DNA of 64,000 bases from Phycisphaerae bacterium. GTDB lineage: Bacteria > Planctomycetota > Phycisphaerae > UBA1845 > Fen-1342. The stretch covers positions 32,001 to 96,000 of the forward strand of contig CAXXTC010000006.1 in NCBI GenBank assembly GCA_963666925.2, written 5' to 3'. Within the stretch, counting starts at the first letter, position 1. Every line of letters begins with the position of its first letter. Positions 27,851 to 37,395 of the stretch are shown piece by piece. The notes beneath the pieces are model-generated. The model was not told the DNA's origin and searched no databases. It worked only from the letters and a program-made list of their open reading frames with translations. A program made the position numbers and the translations under genes.

Positions 27851-30844
27851 ATGTCATTGCCGCCTGACAACCTGACTTCACTATCAACGCTTAGCCGGCA
27901 CCTGTGCAGCGCAACGGTGCTCCTGGTGCTGTTCGCTATCGTTGCCGCCAGCCCCGCCGGCATCCCCACCGATCCCGCCATCACCGTGCTGGCCGACTTT
28001 GAGGACGCCTCCGTCGCCACCAGCATCGGCGCCGTGCAGAACGTCAGCGCCGCCGACTGCCGCGTGCGGCGTGAGTCCATCCCCGCCCGCGGACAGGGTA
28101 GCCTGGCACTGACCATCGGCGCCACCGCACCGCGCGTCTCCGTCGTCTGCGACCTGATCTTCCGCACGCCCGTGCGTCTCGAACGAGCCGACCAGGTCGC
28201 GACCTTCGTCTGGCTCAACGAGGGTGCTTTCGAACTCGCCTTTCGGCTGCGCGACGCTCGCGGCCAGGTATTTGAGACCCAGGCCAATCGCGTCGACCAC
28301 GCGCTGCGCTGGGTCCGCTACAGCGCCCCGGTTGACGCCGACGCGCTCACCCGCATCCGCGGCGAACAGCCGCTGACGCCGCCCTTCGAGGTCGCTGGCT
28401 ATCGCGTCACCACGACCAAACGTGGCGAGCAGACCATCTACCTCGACGATCTCCAAATCGAGCACCGCGTGCTCCATCGCGACCTCATCCGCGGCGAATT
28501 CGAGCTCAACGAACCCACCCAGATCTACGCCCCCGGCGCCACCGTCGGCGCCGCCGTCGTGCTCGAAAACCAATCACGCACCCGCACCCTGACCATTTTC
28601 GTCGACCTGGCCTGGCGCCGTCCCGACGGCTCCGTCCTCGCCACCGAGCAGGCCAGCGTCCGGCTACCGCCCGGCGGCAACGACTTCCGCGCCTATCGTC
28701 GACTCGATTTCTCGCAACGCATCGACACACCCGGCCTCTACCAGCTCGTCGCCGAGGCCCGCGCCGCCAATTGGCCCGCACCGAACGTCTTCGAGACCAC
28801 CATCGCCGTCACGCCCAGCAATCGGCGGCTCTCGCGCGGCCGGTCGACCTTCTTCGGCGTACGCAGCAACCTGCTCGCCGAACCCGAGCTCGACCAGTTG
28901 CTCGAAATCGGCGTCGCCCGCGATATGGGCGTCAACCTGCTCGCGCTCGACACCCCCTGGCGCTTGATCGAACCCAAGCCGGACGCAATCAACTTCGCTC
29001 TGCTCGACCCGCTCGTCGCGGCCCTCACCGCACGCGACATCGCCCCCCTGCTGATCATCACCGCGCCGCCACGCTGGCTGCCCGCCGACCACGAGTCGCG
29101 CCAGGCCCACGTCGCCACGCTGATCGACGCGCTCTTCACCCACTACGAAGGCCGGCTCGCGCGTTTCCAGTTGACCAGCTCAATCTTCATCGGGCTGAGC
29201 GTGCCGCAACAACTCGACGCCACGCTCGAACTGCATCAGCAACTCGTCAGCAAACACGATCAGCTCGAATTGCTCACGCCGCCCGCCGTCCCGCTTGATG
29301 ATCTCGACCTGGCCCCCACCGTCGGCCAGTTCATCGCCACCAACCCGGACTTCCCCGTCGCCTTCGCCACCGCCGGCTCGCCCGAGCAAAGCCGACAGAT
29401 GCTTGAGGGTTTTCGTATAGCGGGCGGCTTCCACTGGCGACCGGCCCACCGCTGGTTTCACACGGCCGACCCGCTGGTCGGCGCTGGCCGTGACACCAAC
29501 GCCGAAGAAATCCTGCGACACTACGTAACCGCAGCGGCCGCCGGCGTCGGCGGGCTGGTCTGGTATGACCTCCGCGACGATGACGTTTCCGCCGATCATG
29601 CCGACCGTCTTCGCGGCCTCGTGCGCCGTGATTTCAGCCCGAAGACGCGTCTACTCGGCTACGCGGCCGCCGCCGGCCAACTCACCGGCTACGCCTGTCA
29701 TGGCCCCGTCGCCGGCACACCCGCGGGCTTCACTTCCGCACTGTTCATCGGCGGCAACCGCCAGATCGCCGTCCTCCTGCCCAACCCCAACGCCGATCTG
29801 CCCGCCGTCCTCGCACCGATCAAAAAACTCCCCGGCCAGCTCACCGCGCAGGATTTTGAACGCCGGGCTTATCCCGTGCTCGAGTCGACCGCCCCACCAC
29901 TCGTGGCCGCCATCCCGCGCCCGCTCTTCATCACGCTTGAGCTCAAACAACCGCAGCCCGACCCGCAACTGGCCCTGGCCAATCCACCCTGGCTGCGCCT
30001 GCCCCACACCGTGTTCTGTAACGGCAGCGCCGAGTTCAACATAGCAGCCGACCTCGTCGTGCCACTGACGCAGAGCTACCTGCAACTGATCATCCCGCGC
30101 GACGCACCGCTCGAATCCTCATTCTCCGCGCTAGCGCTAACCGGCGAAGTCGGTGAAACGCTCACCCAATCCGTCCGCCTGACGCCCCGCCCGGGCGCCA
30201 ACTTTGAACATCTCACGCTCGCGCTGCGTGCTTCGATCGCCGGCGACACGCTCGAAATCCCCATCCACGTCCGCGCCGTCACGACCGTCCGGCAACTGCC
30301 TCGCGGCACCATGCTCAGCGATCCGCGCTTCACCCTCGCCGAGTTGGCGACTTCTTCTGACGTGCGCGCCACGGCCACCGTAACGCTTCTCGCCGCCTTC
30401 CAGGCGCAAGCCCTGCACCTTAATTTGAAAATCGAGGACGATCGCATCGTGCCTCCCATGCGAACGGATGGCTCAACCTCCGGCGACCGCGTACTCATCA
30501 GCATCGCCCGCGCCGGCGACCCGCTCGTGCAACAATTCGTCCTCTATCCCGGCTCCGCCGACGCCACCATCAGCCCCACCGCCAACAGCACCCTGCGCAC
30601 GCCCGACTACTGGCGCGCCCGCATCGATGGCTCACCGGAATCGGGCACCTGCTCGGTCAAAATCGAGATCCCCGCCCGCGCTCTCAGTCCCGGCGTACTG
30701 CGTCCGGGCGACCGCTTCCGCCTAGCCGTCCGCTATCTCGACGACGACGACGACGGATTCCCCGCCCAGCCCGTGGACTGGGGCGGCGGAGTCGACGGCA
30801 ACGCCACCACGCAAACCGGACATTGGATCACACTCGGAAGCTGA
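27851..30844 (+). CDS. Large secreted protein with CBM-like, Ig-like, glycoside-hydrolase-like barrel and CBM9-like segments
   Basis: Signal peptide; LADFE and IYLDDLQI; 'ARDMGVN...WRLIEP...NFALLD'; 'VWYDLRD...GLVRRDFSPK'; 'LHLNLKIEDD'. Confidence 0.75.
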   Translation: MSLPPDNLTSLSTLSRHLCSATVLLVLFAIVAASPAGIPTDPAITVLADFEDASVATSIGAVQNVSAADCRVRRESIPARGQGSLALTIGATAPRVSVVCDLIFRTPVRLERADQVATFVWLNEGAFELAFRLRDARGQVFETQANRVDHALRWVRYSAPVDADALTRIRGEQPLTPPFEVAGYRVTTTKRGEQTIYLDDLQIEHRVLHRDLIRGEFELNEPTQIYAPGATVGAAVVLENQSRTRTLTIFVDLAWRRPDGSVLATEQASVRLPPGGNDFRAYRRLDFSQRIDTPGLYQLVAEARAANWPAPNVFETTIAVTPSNRRLSRGRSTFFGVRSNLLAEPELDQLLEIGVARDMGVNLLALDTPWRLIEPKPDAINFALLDPLVAALTARDIAPLLIITAPPRWLPADHESRQAHVATLIDALFTHYEGRLARFQLTSSIFIGLSVPQQLDATLELHQQLVSKHDQLELLTPPAVPLDDLDLAPTVGQFIATNPDFPVAFATAGSPEQSRQMLEGFRIAGGFHWRPAHRWFHTADPLVGAGRDTNAEEILRHYVTAAAAGVGGLVWYDLRDDDVSADHADRLRGLVRRDFSPKTRLLGYAAAAGQLTGYACHGPVAGTPAGFTSALFIGGNRQIAVLLPNPNADLPAVLAPIKKLPGQLTAQDFERRAYPVLESTAPPLVAAIPRPLFITLELKQPQPDPQLALANPPWLRLPHTVFCNGSAEFNIAADLVVPLTQSYLQLIIPRDAPLESSFSALALTGEVGETLTQSVRLTPRPGANFEHLTLALRASIAGDTLEIPIHVRAVTTVRQLPRGTMLSDPRFTLAELATSSDVRATATVTLLAAFQAQALHLNLKIEDDRIVPPMRTDGSTSGDRVLISIARAGDPLVQQFVLYPGSADATISPTANSTLRTPDYWRARIDGSPESGTCSVKIEIPARALSPGVLRPGDRFRLAVRYLDDDDDGFPAQPVDWGGGVDGNATTQTGHWITLGS

Positions 30845-30864
30845 TAACGAAAACGCAGGCGGGG

Positions 30865-31230
30865 CGTAGTGCGCGCAAAAAACGGGTGGCCGCAGATGGG
30901 GTCCTCTGGAGGGGGGGTTGGGGTTCGAGCGAGGGGGCCATCAAGCACGGATCATGCTTTCAGGAACCAAGTCCTTCCCTGATGGCCGAGGGACGCCGTC
31001 ATCTACTGGCCACCCATTCGATTCGCACTACGTTTAAAAGATCGACGTGAGTCAAGAAGTGCACCGGCAGGGACATCCGTGTTCTGCCGGTGCGAGTCGG
31101 CCGTTCGCTGCTCCTCCCTGAGCTGCCTTTCCGACCGGGATCCGCACAGCCGTCGGCGCCGCAATTGCCAGGAAAAAACACCCGACAAACTACCTATAAT
31201 CAACCGACGCGTTACTGACAGTCTAACACA
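30865..31230 (-). ncRNA. Candidate structured small RNA (family unknown)
   Basis: No convincing ORF; nested stems 30865-31032; hairpin 31061-31093 containing ACACGGAUGU; G-U wobbles in two of the stems favour the minus strand. Confidence 0.5.
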
Positions 31231-31318
31231 GATTCTTATCGGCGGGTCCTAAAACACCCCCCAGGATTACCAGCGAGAGCATTACGCTTGGCAAATTAGT
31301 TGAACACAGACAGTCCAG

Positions 31319-31334
31319 ACACAACATATAGCCG
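31319..31334. promoter_or_regulatory. NrdR-box-like motif
   Basis: ACACAACATATAGCCG compared with the consensus acaCwAtATaTwGtgt. Confidence 0.35.
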
Positions 31335-31441
31335 CCCCCCTCAACCCCAACCCCTTGGTTGATCACCACAAGCAGATATAATCTCATTATATTTCCCCCA
31401 TTTTCACACCAATCCGGCCAGAGAACGTCAAATTGACGACT

Positions 31442-32011
31442 TTATGGGCTCAAATTGCCATGCCCAACTCGACGTAGAACCTTGCGCAACAGTAGATAAT
31501 TGCGCCCCCGATAACGCGTCACCTCGGCCGACACGACGAACTCAGTGAAGCCCGCCTGTGCTTCTCGCTCCATCATCTCTAGTAATTGATTCTCAAGAAC
31601 CGTCATGGTTTCTAATTTCGGCGCCCCCACATCGGCCTGGATGGCCAACTGTGGCTGATCGCCTTCGTAGATCAGGCGGGCCGGCCGCTCCATCAAAAAC
31701 GTCCCCTCCAGCAACAACTGTGGCCCCCCCCTGCTGGCTTGGCTGGTAGCCTCGGCCGGTCCTGCGGGCAGGATTGGCGTCGCCCGGTCCTGTTGCCGCA
31801 AGAGGTTCTTCAAAATCGCCGCCTCGTCGGGCTTGCGCAGCGTCGACTGTTCCGGCGGTGTCGTGGTCGCAGGTTGCGTGGTCGTGCCCGGGGCGGGTGG
31901 TTCCTGCCCCAGCGCAGGCCGCAGACCGACGCCAACGGCCAACAGTGCCCCCATCCGCAGGAAGTCCCGCCGAGAAGCGGGATCGGTGTCGCATTTGTCC
32001 TTCCGGGGCAT
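31442..32011 (-). CDS. Hypothetical protein with Tat-type signal peptide
   Basis: AAGGAGG RBS; SRRDFLRMGALLAVGVG; C-terminal 'LENQLLEMME...FVVSAEVTRYRGRNYLL'. Confidence 0.8.
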   Translation of the reverse strand: MPRKDKCDTDPASRRDFLRMGALLAVGVGLRPALGQEPPAPGTTTQPATTTPPEQSTLRKPDEAAILKNLLRQQDRATPILPAGPAEATSQASRGGPQLLLEGTFLMERPARLIYEGDQPQLAIQADVGAPKLETMTVLENQLLEMMEREAQAGFTEFVVSAEVTRYRGRNYLLLRKVLRRVGHGNLSP

Positions 32012-32133
32012 CGCCAGAGACCTCCTTGTACCAGGTTCAGACCGCCGGGCGTGGCCCAGCCGACGCACCGCCGACGGATAGGTTATATCGCCCGGGCGGA
32101 CACGTCGAATCGACCGATAGAAAACACGTGAGC

Positions 32134-32796
32134 ATGGATGCTGTCGCAATCTACGGAGCCGGGGGGCTCGGCAGCCTCGTCGAGGACATCTGCCGCCAGG
32201 CCGGCAATCTGCGCCCGGTCGCCTTCCTCGATTCCAACACCGCCAAGCACAACACAACCCATGCCGGCCTGCCCGTCCGCGGCGGGCTCGAAGCCGTCCC
32301 CGAACTGCTCGCCGAAGGCATCCAGCAGGTCATCGTCGCCGTCGGCGACAACAACGCCCGCATCGCCTTGGCCGAGGCGCTCGAAGAACGCGGCATGCGG
32401 CTGGCCTCAGCGGTGCACCCGCTGGCCTCCATCTCGCCCACCGCCCAGATCGGTCGCCACGTCGTCATCAGCGCCCGCACGATCGTCTGTACACACGCAA
32501 CCATCGGGCCCCACTGCGTGCTCTCCGCCGGCGCCATCTGCGAACACGACAATGTCCTCGACGCCGGCGTGTTCCTCGGACCCGCTGTCCGACTCGCCGG
32601 CACAGTGCGCATCGGTGCACGCGCCACCATCGACATCGGCGCCACCGTTATTCCCGGCCGCACCGTCGGACACGGCACACACATCGCCCCGGGAACCGTG
32701 GTCATCCACGACGTGCCAGCCGACGTGACCGCCGGCGGAATACCCGCCGCCACCGGCGACATGCTCTCCTCGCGCTTCGTCGCCGAACAAACCTGA
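32134..32796 (+). CDS. Sugar O/N-acetyltransferase, NeuD/PglD family
   Basis: IYGAGGLG, AFLD, VAVGDNNAR, hexapeptide repeats, EHDN, AGGIPA. Confidence 0.92.
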   Translation: MDAVAIYGAGGLGSLVEDICRQAGNLRPVAFLDSNTAKHNTTHAGLPVRGGLEAVPELLAEGIQQVIVAVGDNNARIALAEALEERGMRLASAVHPLASISPTAQIGRHVVISARTIVCTHATIGPHCVLSAGAICEHDNVLDAGVFLGPAVRLAGTVRIGARATIDIGATVIPGRTVGHGTHIAPGTVVIHDVPADVTAGGIPAATGDMLSSRFVAEQT

Positions 32797-32842
32797 GCAA
32801 CACCCGCATCTCCATCGTCGGCAAACCTGGTGTGGTCTTTCA

Positions 32843-32962
32843 CGCTGTACGCATCCTATCCAATGTGGGGCGGGCGTCTCGCCCGCCGTTTGTGATCCCC
32901 AATCGGGCTTGGCGGGCGGGACGCCCGCCCCACCTCTTATGCGGGATTAATGAGAAGGTGCA
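32843..32962. repeat. ~120-bp REPIN-like element, copy 2
   Basis: Inverted REP pair 32865-32887 / 32911-32933; flanks CGCTGT..GCATC.TAT and ATGAGAAGGT.CA are shared with copy 1. Confidence 0.8.
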
Positions 32963-32982
32963 ATGGAAAAACCGCCCCCCAT

Positions 32983-34884
32983 TCAGGCCGACTGTCGGCG
33001 AACGATCATGTCAAAGCCGCGCACCATGCTCGTATACAGCGCATACGTCACGCCCAGGTACCCCATGGCCGCCACCGCCGCAGCGATCGCCTGCGCGACG
33101 CGAAAGTCCGTCAACTGACGCGTCCCGACCGCGGCCGTTCCCGGCCCGCCCATGCTGCTCATATACGAATACGAGGCGCTGTCCTCGACCACGCGCCACG
33201 GATCCAATAGCCCCTGCATGGCCGGGAATGGCGCAAACGGCCGCGTGATGGCCGAAGCCATCGGGCTACCCGCGTTCACCATCGCCATGCCGCACGCCGT
33301 CAAGAGCCCCGCACTGCCCAGCACGACCGCGGTGCTGATCATCACCGCGCGCACCGTCTTCTTCGACAACAGCGAAAAATGCAGCCCCACCATCGCCGCC
33401 AGCGCAGAAAAAGCCACCATCAACACGGGTAACAACAGCGCCGACTCGAACGGCACCACCGGCGCGCTCCCCCGCGCCAGCAGCCCCACCACGACGAACA
33501 GCGCCACCGTCAGCGTGGGCACCGCGATCAGCGGGATCACCAGCCGCACGAGCCCCTGCAACATGCCGGCGATGATGTACCGACTCGTCAGCGGCGTCGA
33601 CAACAGCAGCTCGATCGTCAGCGTTTCTTTCTCACGCGTCAGCGTCGTGGCGGCCGTGTTCGTCACGACCAGCAAGACCACGGCCAGTTCCACCCACACC
33701 ACCACGGTGAGCACCACGCGCGTCCCGCCCAGCATCGCCGAGCTGAGCCCCCAATAACCCTGGTAGTGCGCTATCACCAGCGCAACCGCCCCGATCAGCC
33801 CGGCCGCCACGAACAACAGCCGCAGCAACGATCGACCGCCCGCCGACGCCCGCGTCGCCGCCTCGCGCCAGGCGATCGGATTGCGCCACACGCGCCGCGG
33901 CTGACGCCGGCGCTCGTCGGTGCGAGCGGGGGCAAAACGCTCCCAGAAACGCGACAGCAGCGTCGTCTCGCCCTCGCGCGACCCGCGGCGAACCCAAATG
34001 AGACTCAGCACGACCATCAATGCCGACGCCAGCGTCGTCACCACCATGTATCCATACTGCGGATAAGCCAGCAGCCAACGAGCCGGCCAGCCATAGGAAT
34101 ACACGTCCGATAGTGGCGGTGCGGGCGTCTGCCCGGTCACGACAAACAGCGCCAGAAACGGATGCACCGGCGCGAGCCAGCTCATCTGCGGCATAGCACC
34201 GGCCCAACTCAGCGTGCTGGTGCCGACGGGCGCAACTGCCAGCAGTCCGTAGTTCGACAACCCGACCGCCCCGACCGCCAACAGGTAAACCGCCACGCCA
34301 ACGAAAAACGCGAAGATCGTTCGACGCGTGCCGATGCGCAGAAAGCTGATCATGATCGCGATCGAGCCGGTCAGCAGGCCGGTGCACGCGGCCAATCCGC
34401 ACGCCTCGAAGATCTCCGCTGTCGTGACGCCGCCGTAGATCATCGTCACACAAAACACCGGCAGCCCGGCTAGCAACAACGCCCACACGAAATAGAGTCG
34501 GCTGAACAGCGAACCGAGGACGATCTGAGCGTTGCTCAGCGGCGTGGTGAGCAGGATGTGATAGGTATTGGCGTCCTTTTCCTGCGTGATCGCCCCGGCA
34601 CAGAAAATCGGCGCGATGAAGCTCATCAAAAAGAGCTGCATCAGGCTCACCGCGACGAACGCGTGGGTAGCCTTCTTCGCGAGGTCTGCCAGCGAGCCCG
34701 ACTCACCCAGCAGCAACCCGCCGCCGAACAGGAAGACGGCCATCAGGACAACCAGGTAAATCAGCCGGGCCCAATGGTGCTGGTACCTCTTCCCCCCCGT
34801 CGCCACAACGCGCACCAAAATGGGATTGGCCGGCAACAGCCGCCACAACCAGAGCCCGACATCCCCGAGCATGCTCATCGGCAC
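32983..34884 (-). CDS. ABC-2 type permease-like membrane protein (internally duplicated)
   Basis: Two halves, each with NPI and 'xEKxxxTxxLLLxTPLS/T' motifs; many TM segments. Confidence 0.85.
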   Translation of the reverse strand: MPMSMLGDVGLWLWRLLPANPILVRVVATGGKRYQHHWARLIYLVVLMAVFLFGGGLLLGESGSLADLAKKATHAFVAVSLMQLFLMSFIAPIFCAGAITQEKDANTYHILLTTPLSNAQIVLGSLFSRLYFVWALLLAGLPVFCVTMIYGGVTTAEIFEACGLAACTGLLTGSIAIMISFLRIGTRRTIFAFFVGVAVYLLAVGAVGLSNYGLLAVAPVGTSTLSWAGAMPQMSWLAPVHPFLALFVVTGQTPAPPLSDVYSYGWPARWLLAYPQYGYMVVTTLASALMVVLSLIWVRRGSREGETTLLSRFWERFAPARTDERRRQPRRVWRNPIAWREAATRASAGGRSLLRLLFVAAGLIGAVALVIAHYQGYWGLSSAMLGGTRVVLTVVVWVELAVVLLVVTNTAATTLTREKETLTIELLLSTPLTSRYIIAGMLQGLVRLVIPLIAVPTLTVALFVVVGLLARGSAPVVPFESALLLPVLMVAFSALAAMVGLHFSLLSKKTVRAVMISTAVVLGSAGLLTACGMAMVNAGSPMASAITRPFAPFPAMQGLLDPWRVVEDSASYSYMSSMGGPGTAAVGTRQLTDFRVAQAIAAAVAAMGYLGVTYALYTSMVRGFDMIVRRQSA

Positions 34885-34926
34885 ACCTCAACCAACCGCC
34901 CACTACGTCTCCGAGTCCCGACGTTC

Positions 34927-35193
34927 CTAATCCCCACCGGCCCCATCGAGGCATTCGATCGTCGTAAGATTGTCGATATTGAGGACGGAAATTTCGCCGT
35001 CGTCTTTTTGCAGGTGGAGCCGGCAGAGCCAGTATTTGTCATCCTTGCTATGGGCGTACCAACTGCCGGTCTTGTCCAGCTCGACCGCGCGGACCGTGCC
35101 GACCAGCTCCTGCTCCCAATCCCGGTCCCGGCGATCGATACGCCGGCGAATGCGAACCCGCCGCCCCGGCTGACAGTCGTCGATGGTATTCAT
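34927..35193 (-). CDS. Small hypothetical beta-rich protein
   Basis: GGAGG RBS; sits inside the operon; TGSWYAHSKDDKYWLCRL. Confidence 0.7.
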   Translation of the reverse strand: MNTIDDCQPGRRVRIRRRIDRRDRDWEQELVGTVRAVELDKTGSWYAHSKDDKYWLCRLHLQKDDGEISVLNIDNLTTIECLDGAGGD

Positions 35194-35263
35194 CGGTGAC
35201 ACTCCTCCAGCATTCGCTCGCGGCCGGGGTCACCCTCCAACCCCAAACGCAGCAACGGCCCGA

Positions 35264-37291
35264 TCAGATCATCACGCGACGATTATAGATCCACCATTCG
35301 ATCAGAACCAGAGCGAGCGCCACGCCGACAAACCAGCGCCACACCTCCGGCGTCGCCGTCGTGATCGCACCAACCTCGACCACCTCGTGCGTATCAATTT
35401 TGAGCGGCGCGGTCGGCGGAGCAATGCCGCTCTCCCACGAATCCTCGAGATTCACCGCAAAGGTGTCCCGACCCGCGACGCCGTCCTCGACGCGATACAC
35501 GCCGACATCATCGGTATGCCCATAATACGCGCTGCCCATCGCATCCGGCCGGAGCTTCACAGTCCGGCCATCCGGGCGAACCAGGCGTAGCTCGTCGCGG
35601 CCGGCCGGCGCGGGCACCTGGAGCGTATCGCCCGGACGCAGCGGACCTTCCTCAGCCTCCGCACCACCACCACCCAGGTACCGAACCACGTTGTACATAA
35701 ACGCAGGAAAGCTGCTGCTCCACCAGTTCGACCGTTCGACCGCAAATGTGAGCAACAGACAATGTTTATCGCCGGCCGCGTAGCGCGCCAGCATCGGCCC
35801 GTGCGAACCCTCGATCAACACTTCGGCCTGCTCCGGCAAATCAACCGCGAAACCCTCATAGACGAACAGCCCGCTCAGGCTGACGTGACGCAGCAGAGGA
35901 TGAGACTCATCCCACCAGATCGGAACCAGCCATTCCAGCTTCTCGTCGTGTCGGCTGATACCCTCCAGCGGCGGAACTGCTCCGATGAAAAAGAAACTCC
36001 CACCCGGCAACGTGTTCGGCGCAACCTTGTCAAAGATGACCACGTCGTAATTCGAGCGGTTGTCAGTGACAAATCGGCTACGCTGCGTCTCGTATTCTTC
36101 CGGCGTAACAAACGGATACTCGGCCAGCGGCAGCGGGCGCAGGGCACTGTCGAGGAAGAGATTCCGACGCGTCACGGTCAGCACGCTCATCCGCCGCGGC
36201 GGCGGCGCGATCGTATAGGCCACATTGTCAACCGCAAACACATCGTCGCGACTGAGCCGGGCTTCGACGACCGCCGCCCGATCGAGCGGAATATCAAAAC
36301 TGAGCGACGCGGAACTGCCGGCGTCGGCCGGAGCTTCGGCGCCGTCGGCCGAAGCGGTACAACCAGCCAGCTCGATCGGCCGAACGCCCGCCAGCACGCC
36401 ATCAACCTGCACGGAAACGTCCGCCTGTACCGGATCGGGGCCAAAATTCTGCACGGTCAGAAACAAACTGAGCAGCTCCGGCCTTTCATAGTTGCGCTGG
36501 TGGCGGAAGTTCGTGATCCCAACGTTGTCGCGAGCTGAACCGATCCGCACCAGCTCCATCGTCCCGCTCCGCAAAACAAGCTGGTCCAGGTTAGCCACGC
36601 GACCATCCGAAATGAGCACCAGCTTGGCGGGGACCTCGGCGCTTTGTGGCGTAACCTGCGGCGTGTCCTCCATGCCGGGCGTCAGACGCGTCGGCGGGGC
36701 CATGTACGCCTCAGCCAGCTCGAGCGCCTCACGCATGTCGGTTCGGCCGTCGGTCGGCTCGATCTTCTCGATCAGATCAACCAGCTCGGACGTGTTGGTC
36801 GTGAACGGCGAAACGATCGAAGCGTGTTCGGCAAACGCAATCACCAACACCTGCGTGCCCGCTTCGGCCGGCTCAAAACGGAAAAACGAACGCCAGCCGC
36901 GGGCTCGCTGGTTCAGCGTGCGCACCAGGCGAATAGCTTGCTCCTTGGCCTCATCAAGACGAGTCTGCTCACCTTCACGCGCGTTCATCGACGCCGAACG
37001 ATCAATGAGCAGCACCACGCGATCTTCCGCGGCCACGGTCGTCTCGACGATCGGCCGGGCCAGCGCCAGCACCACCGCCGCGATCACCAGGAGTTGGAGC
37101 AACAGCAACAGATTGCGGCGCAGACGCTGAAACGGTGCGTTGACCTGAAGATCCTTGATCGCCCGCTTCCACAGCAGCGTAGACGCGATGCGCTCCTCAC
37201 GCCGACGCAGCTTCAGAAAGTACAGAATGAGCAGCGCCGGCACGACGACGGCAGCGATGGTGGCGGCAACCCAGGGCGTCAGGAAACTCAC
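35264..37291 (-). CDS. BatA and vWA domain protein
   Basis: MSFLTPW, LYFLKLRR, STLLW, LARP, vWA MIDAS DRSASM, C-terminal TM segment. Confidence 0.92.
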   Translation of the reverse strand: MSFLTPWVAATIAAVVVPALLILYFLKLRRREERIASTLLWKRAIKDLQVNAPFQRLRRNLLLLLQLLVIAAVVLALARPIVETTVAAEDRVVLLIDRSASMNAREGEQTRLDEAKEQAIRLVRTLNQRARGWRSFFRFEPAEAGTQVLVIAFAEHASIVSPFTTNTSELVDLIEKIEPTDGRTDMREALELAEAYMAPPTRLTPGMEDTPQVTPQSAEVPAKLVLISDGRVANLDQLVLRSGTMELVRIGSARDNVGITNFRHQRNYERPELLSLFLTVQNFGPDPVQADVSVQVDGVLAGVRPIELAGCTASADGAEAPADAGSSASLSFDIPLDRAAVVEARLSRDDVFAVDNVAYTIAPPPRRMSVLTVTRRNLFLDSALRPLPLAEYPFVTPEEYETQRSRFVTDNRSNYDVVIFDKVAPNTLPGGSFFFIGAVPPLEGISRHDEKLEWLVPIWWDESHPLLRHVSLSGLFVYEGFAVDLPEQAEVLIEGSHGPMLARYAAGDKHCLLLTFAVERSNWWSSSFPAFMYNVVRYLGGGGAEAEEGPLRPGDTLQVPAPAGRDELRLVRPDGRTVKLRPDAMGSAYYGHTDDVGVYRVEDGVAGRDTFAVNLEDSWESGIAPPTAPLKIDTHEVVEVGAITTATPEVWRWFVGVALALVLIEWWIYNRRVMI

Positions 37292-37395
37292 GGGTGTCTC
37301 GCTTCAGACAGGCAAGCGGCACAAATGCACAGCGCATGGCCCACAACGCTGGCCCGCAACGATCCATTCTGGTGCGACGTTCTCATGCTGCCCCC

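Noticed and set aside
30850..31440. RNase P RNA, tmRNA, SRP RNA, cobalamin riboswitch or oriC
   Set aside because: No GAGGAAAGUCC, no tRNA-like ends, no clear SRP domain IV, no B12 box, and no cluster of TTATCCACA boxes.
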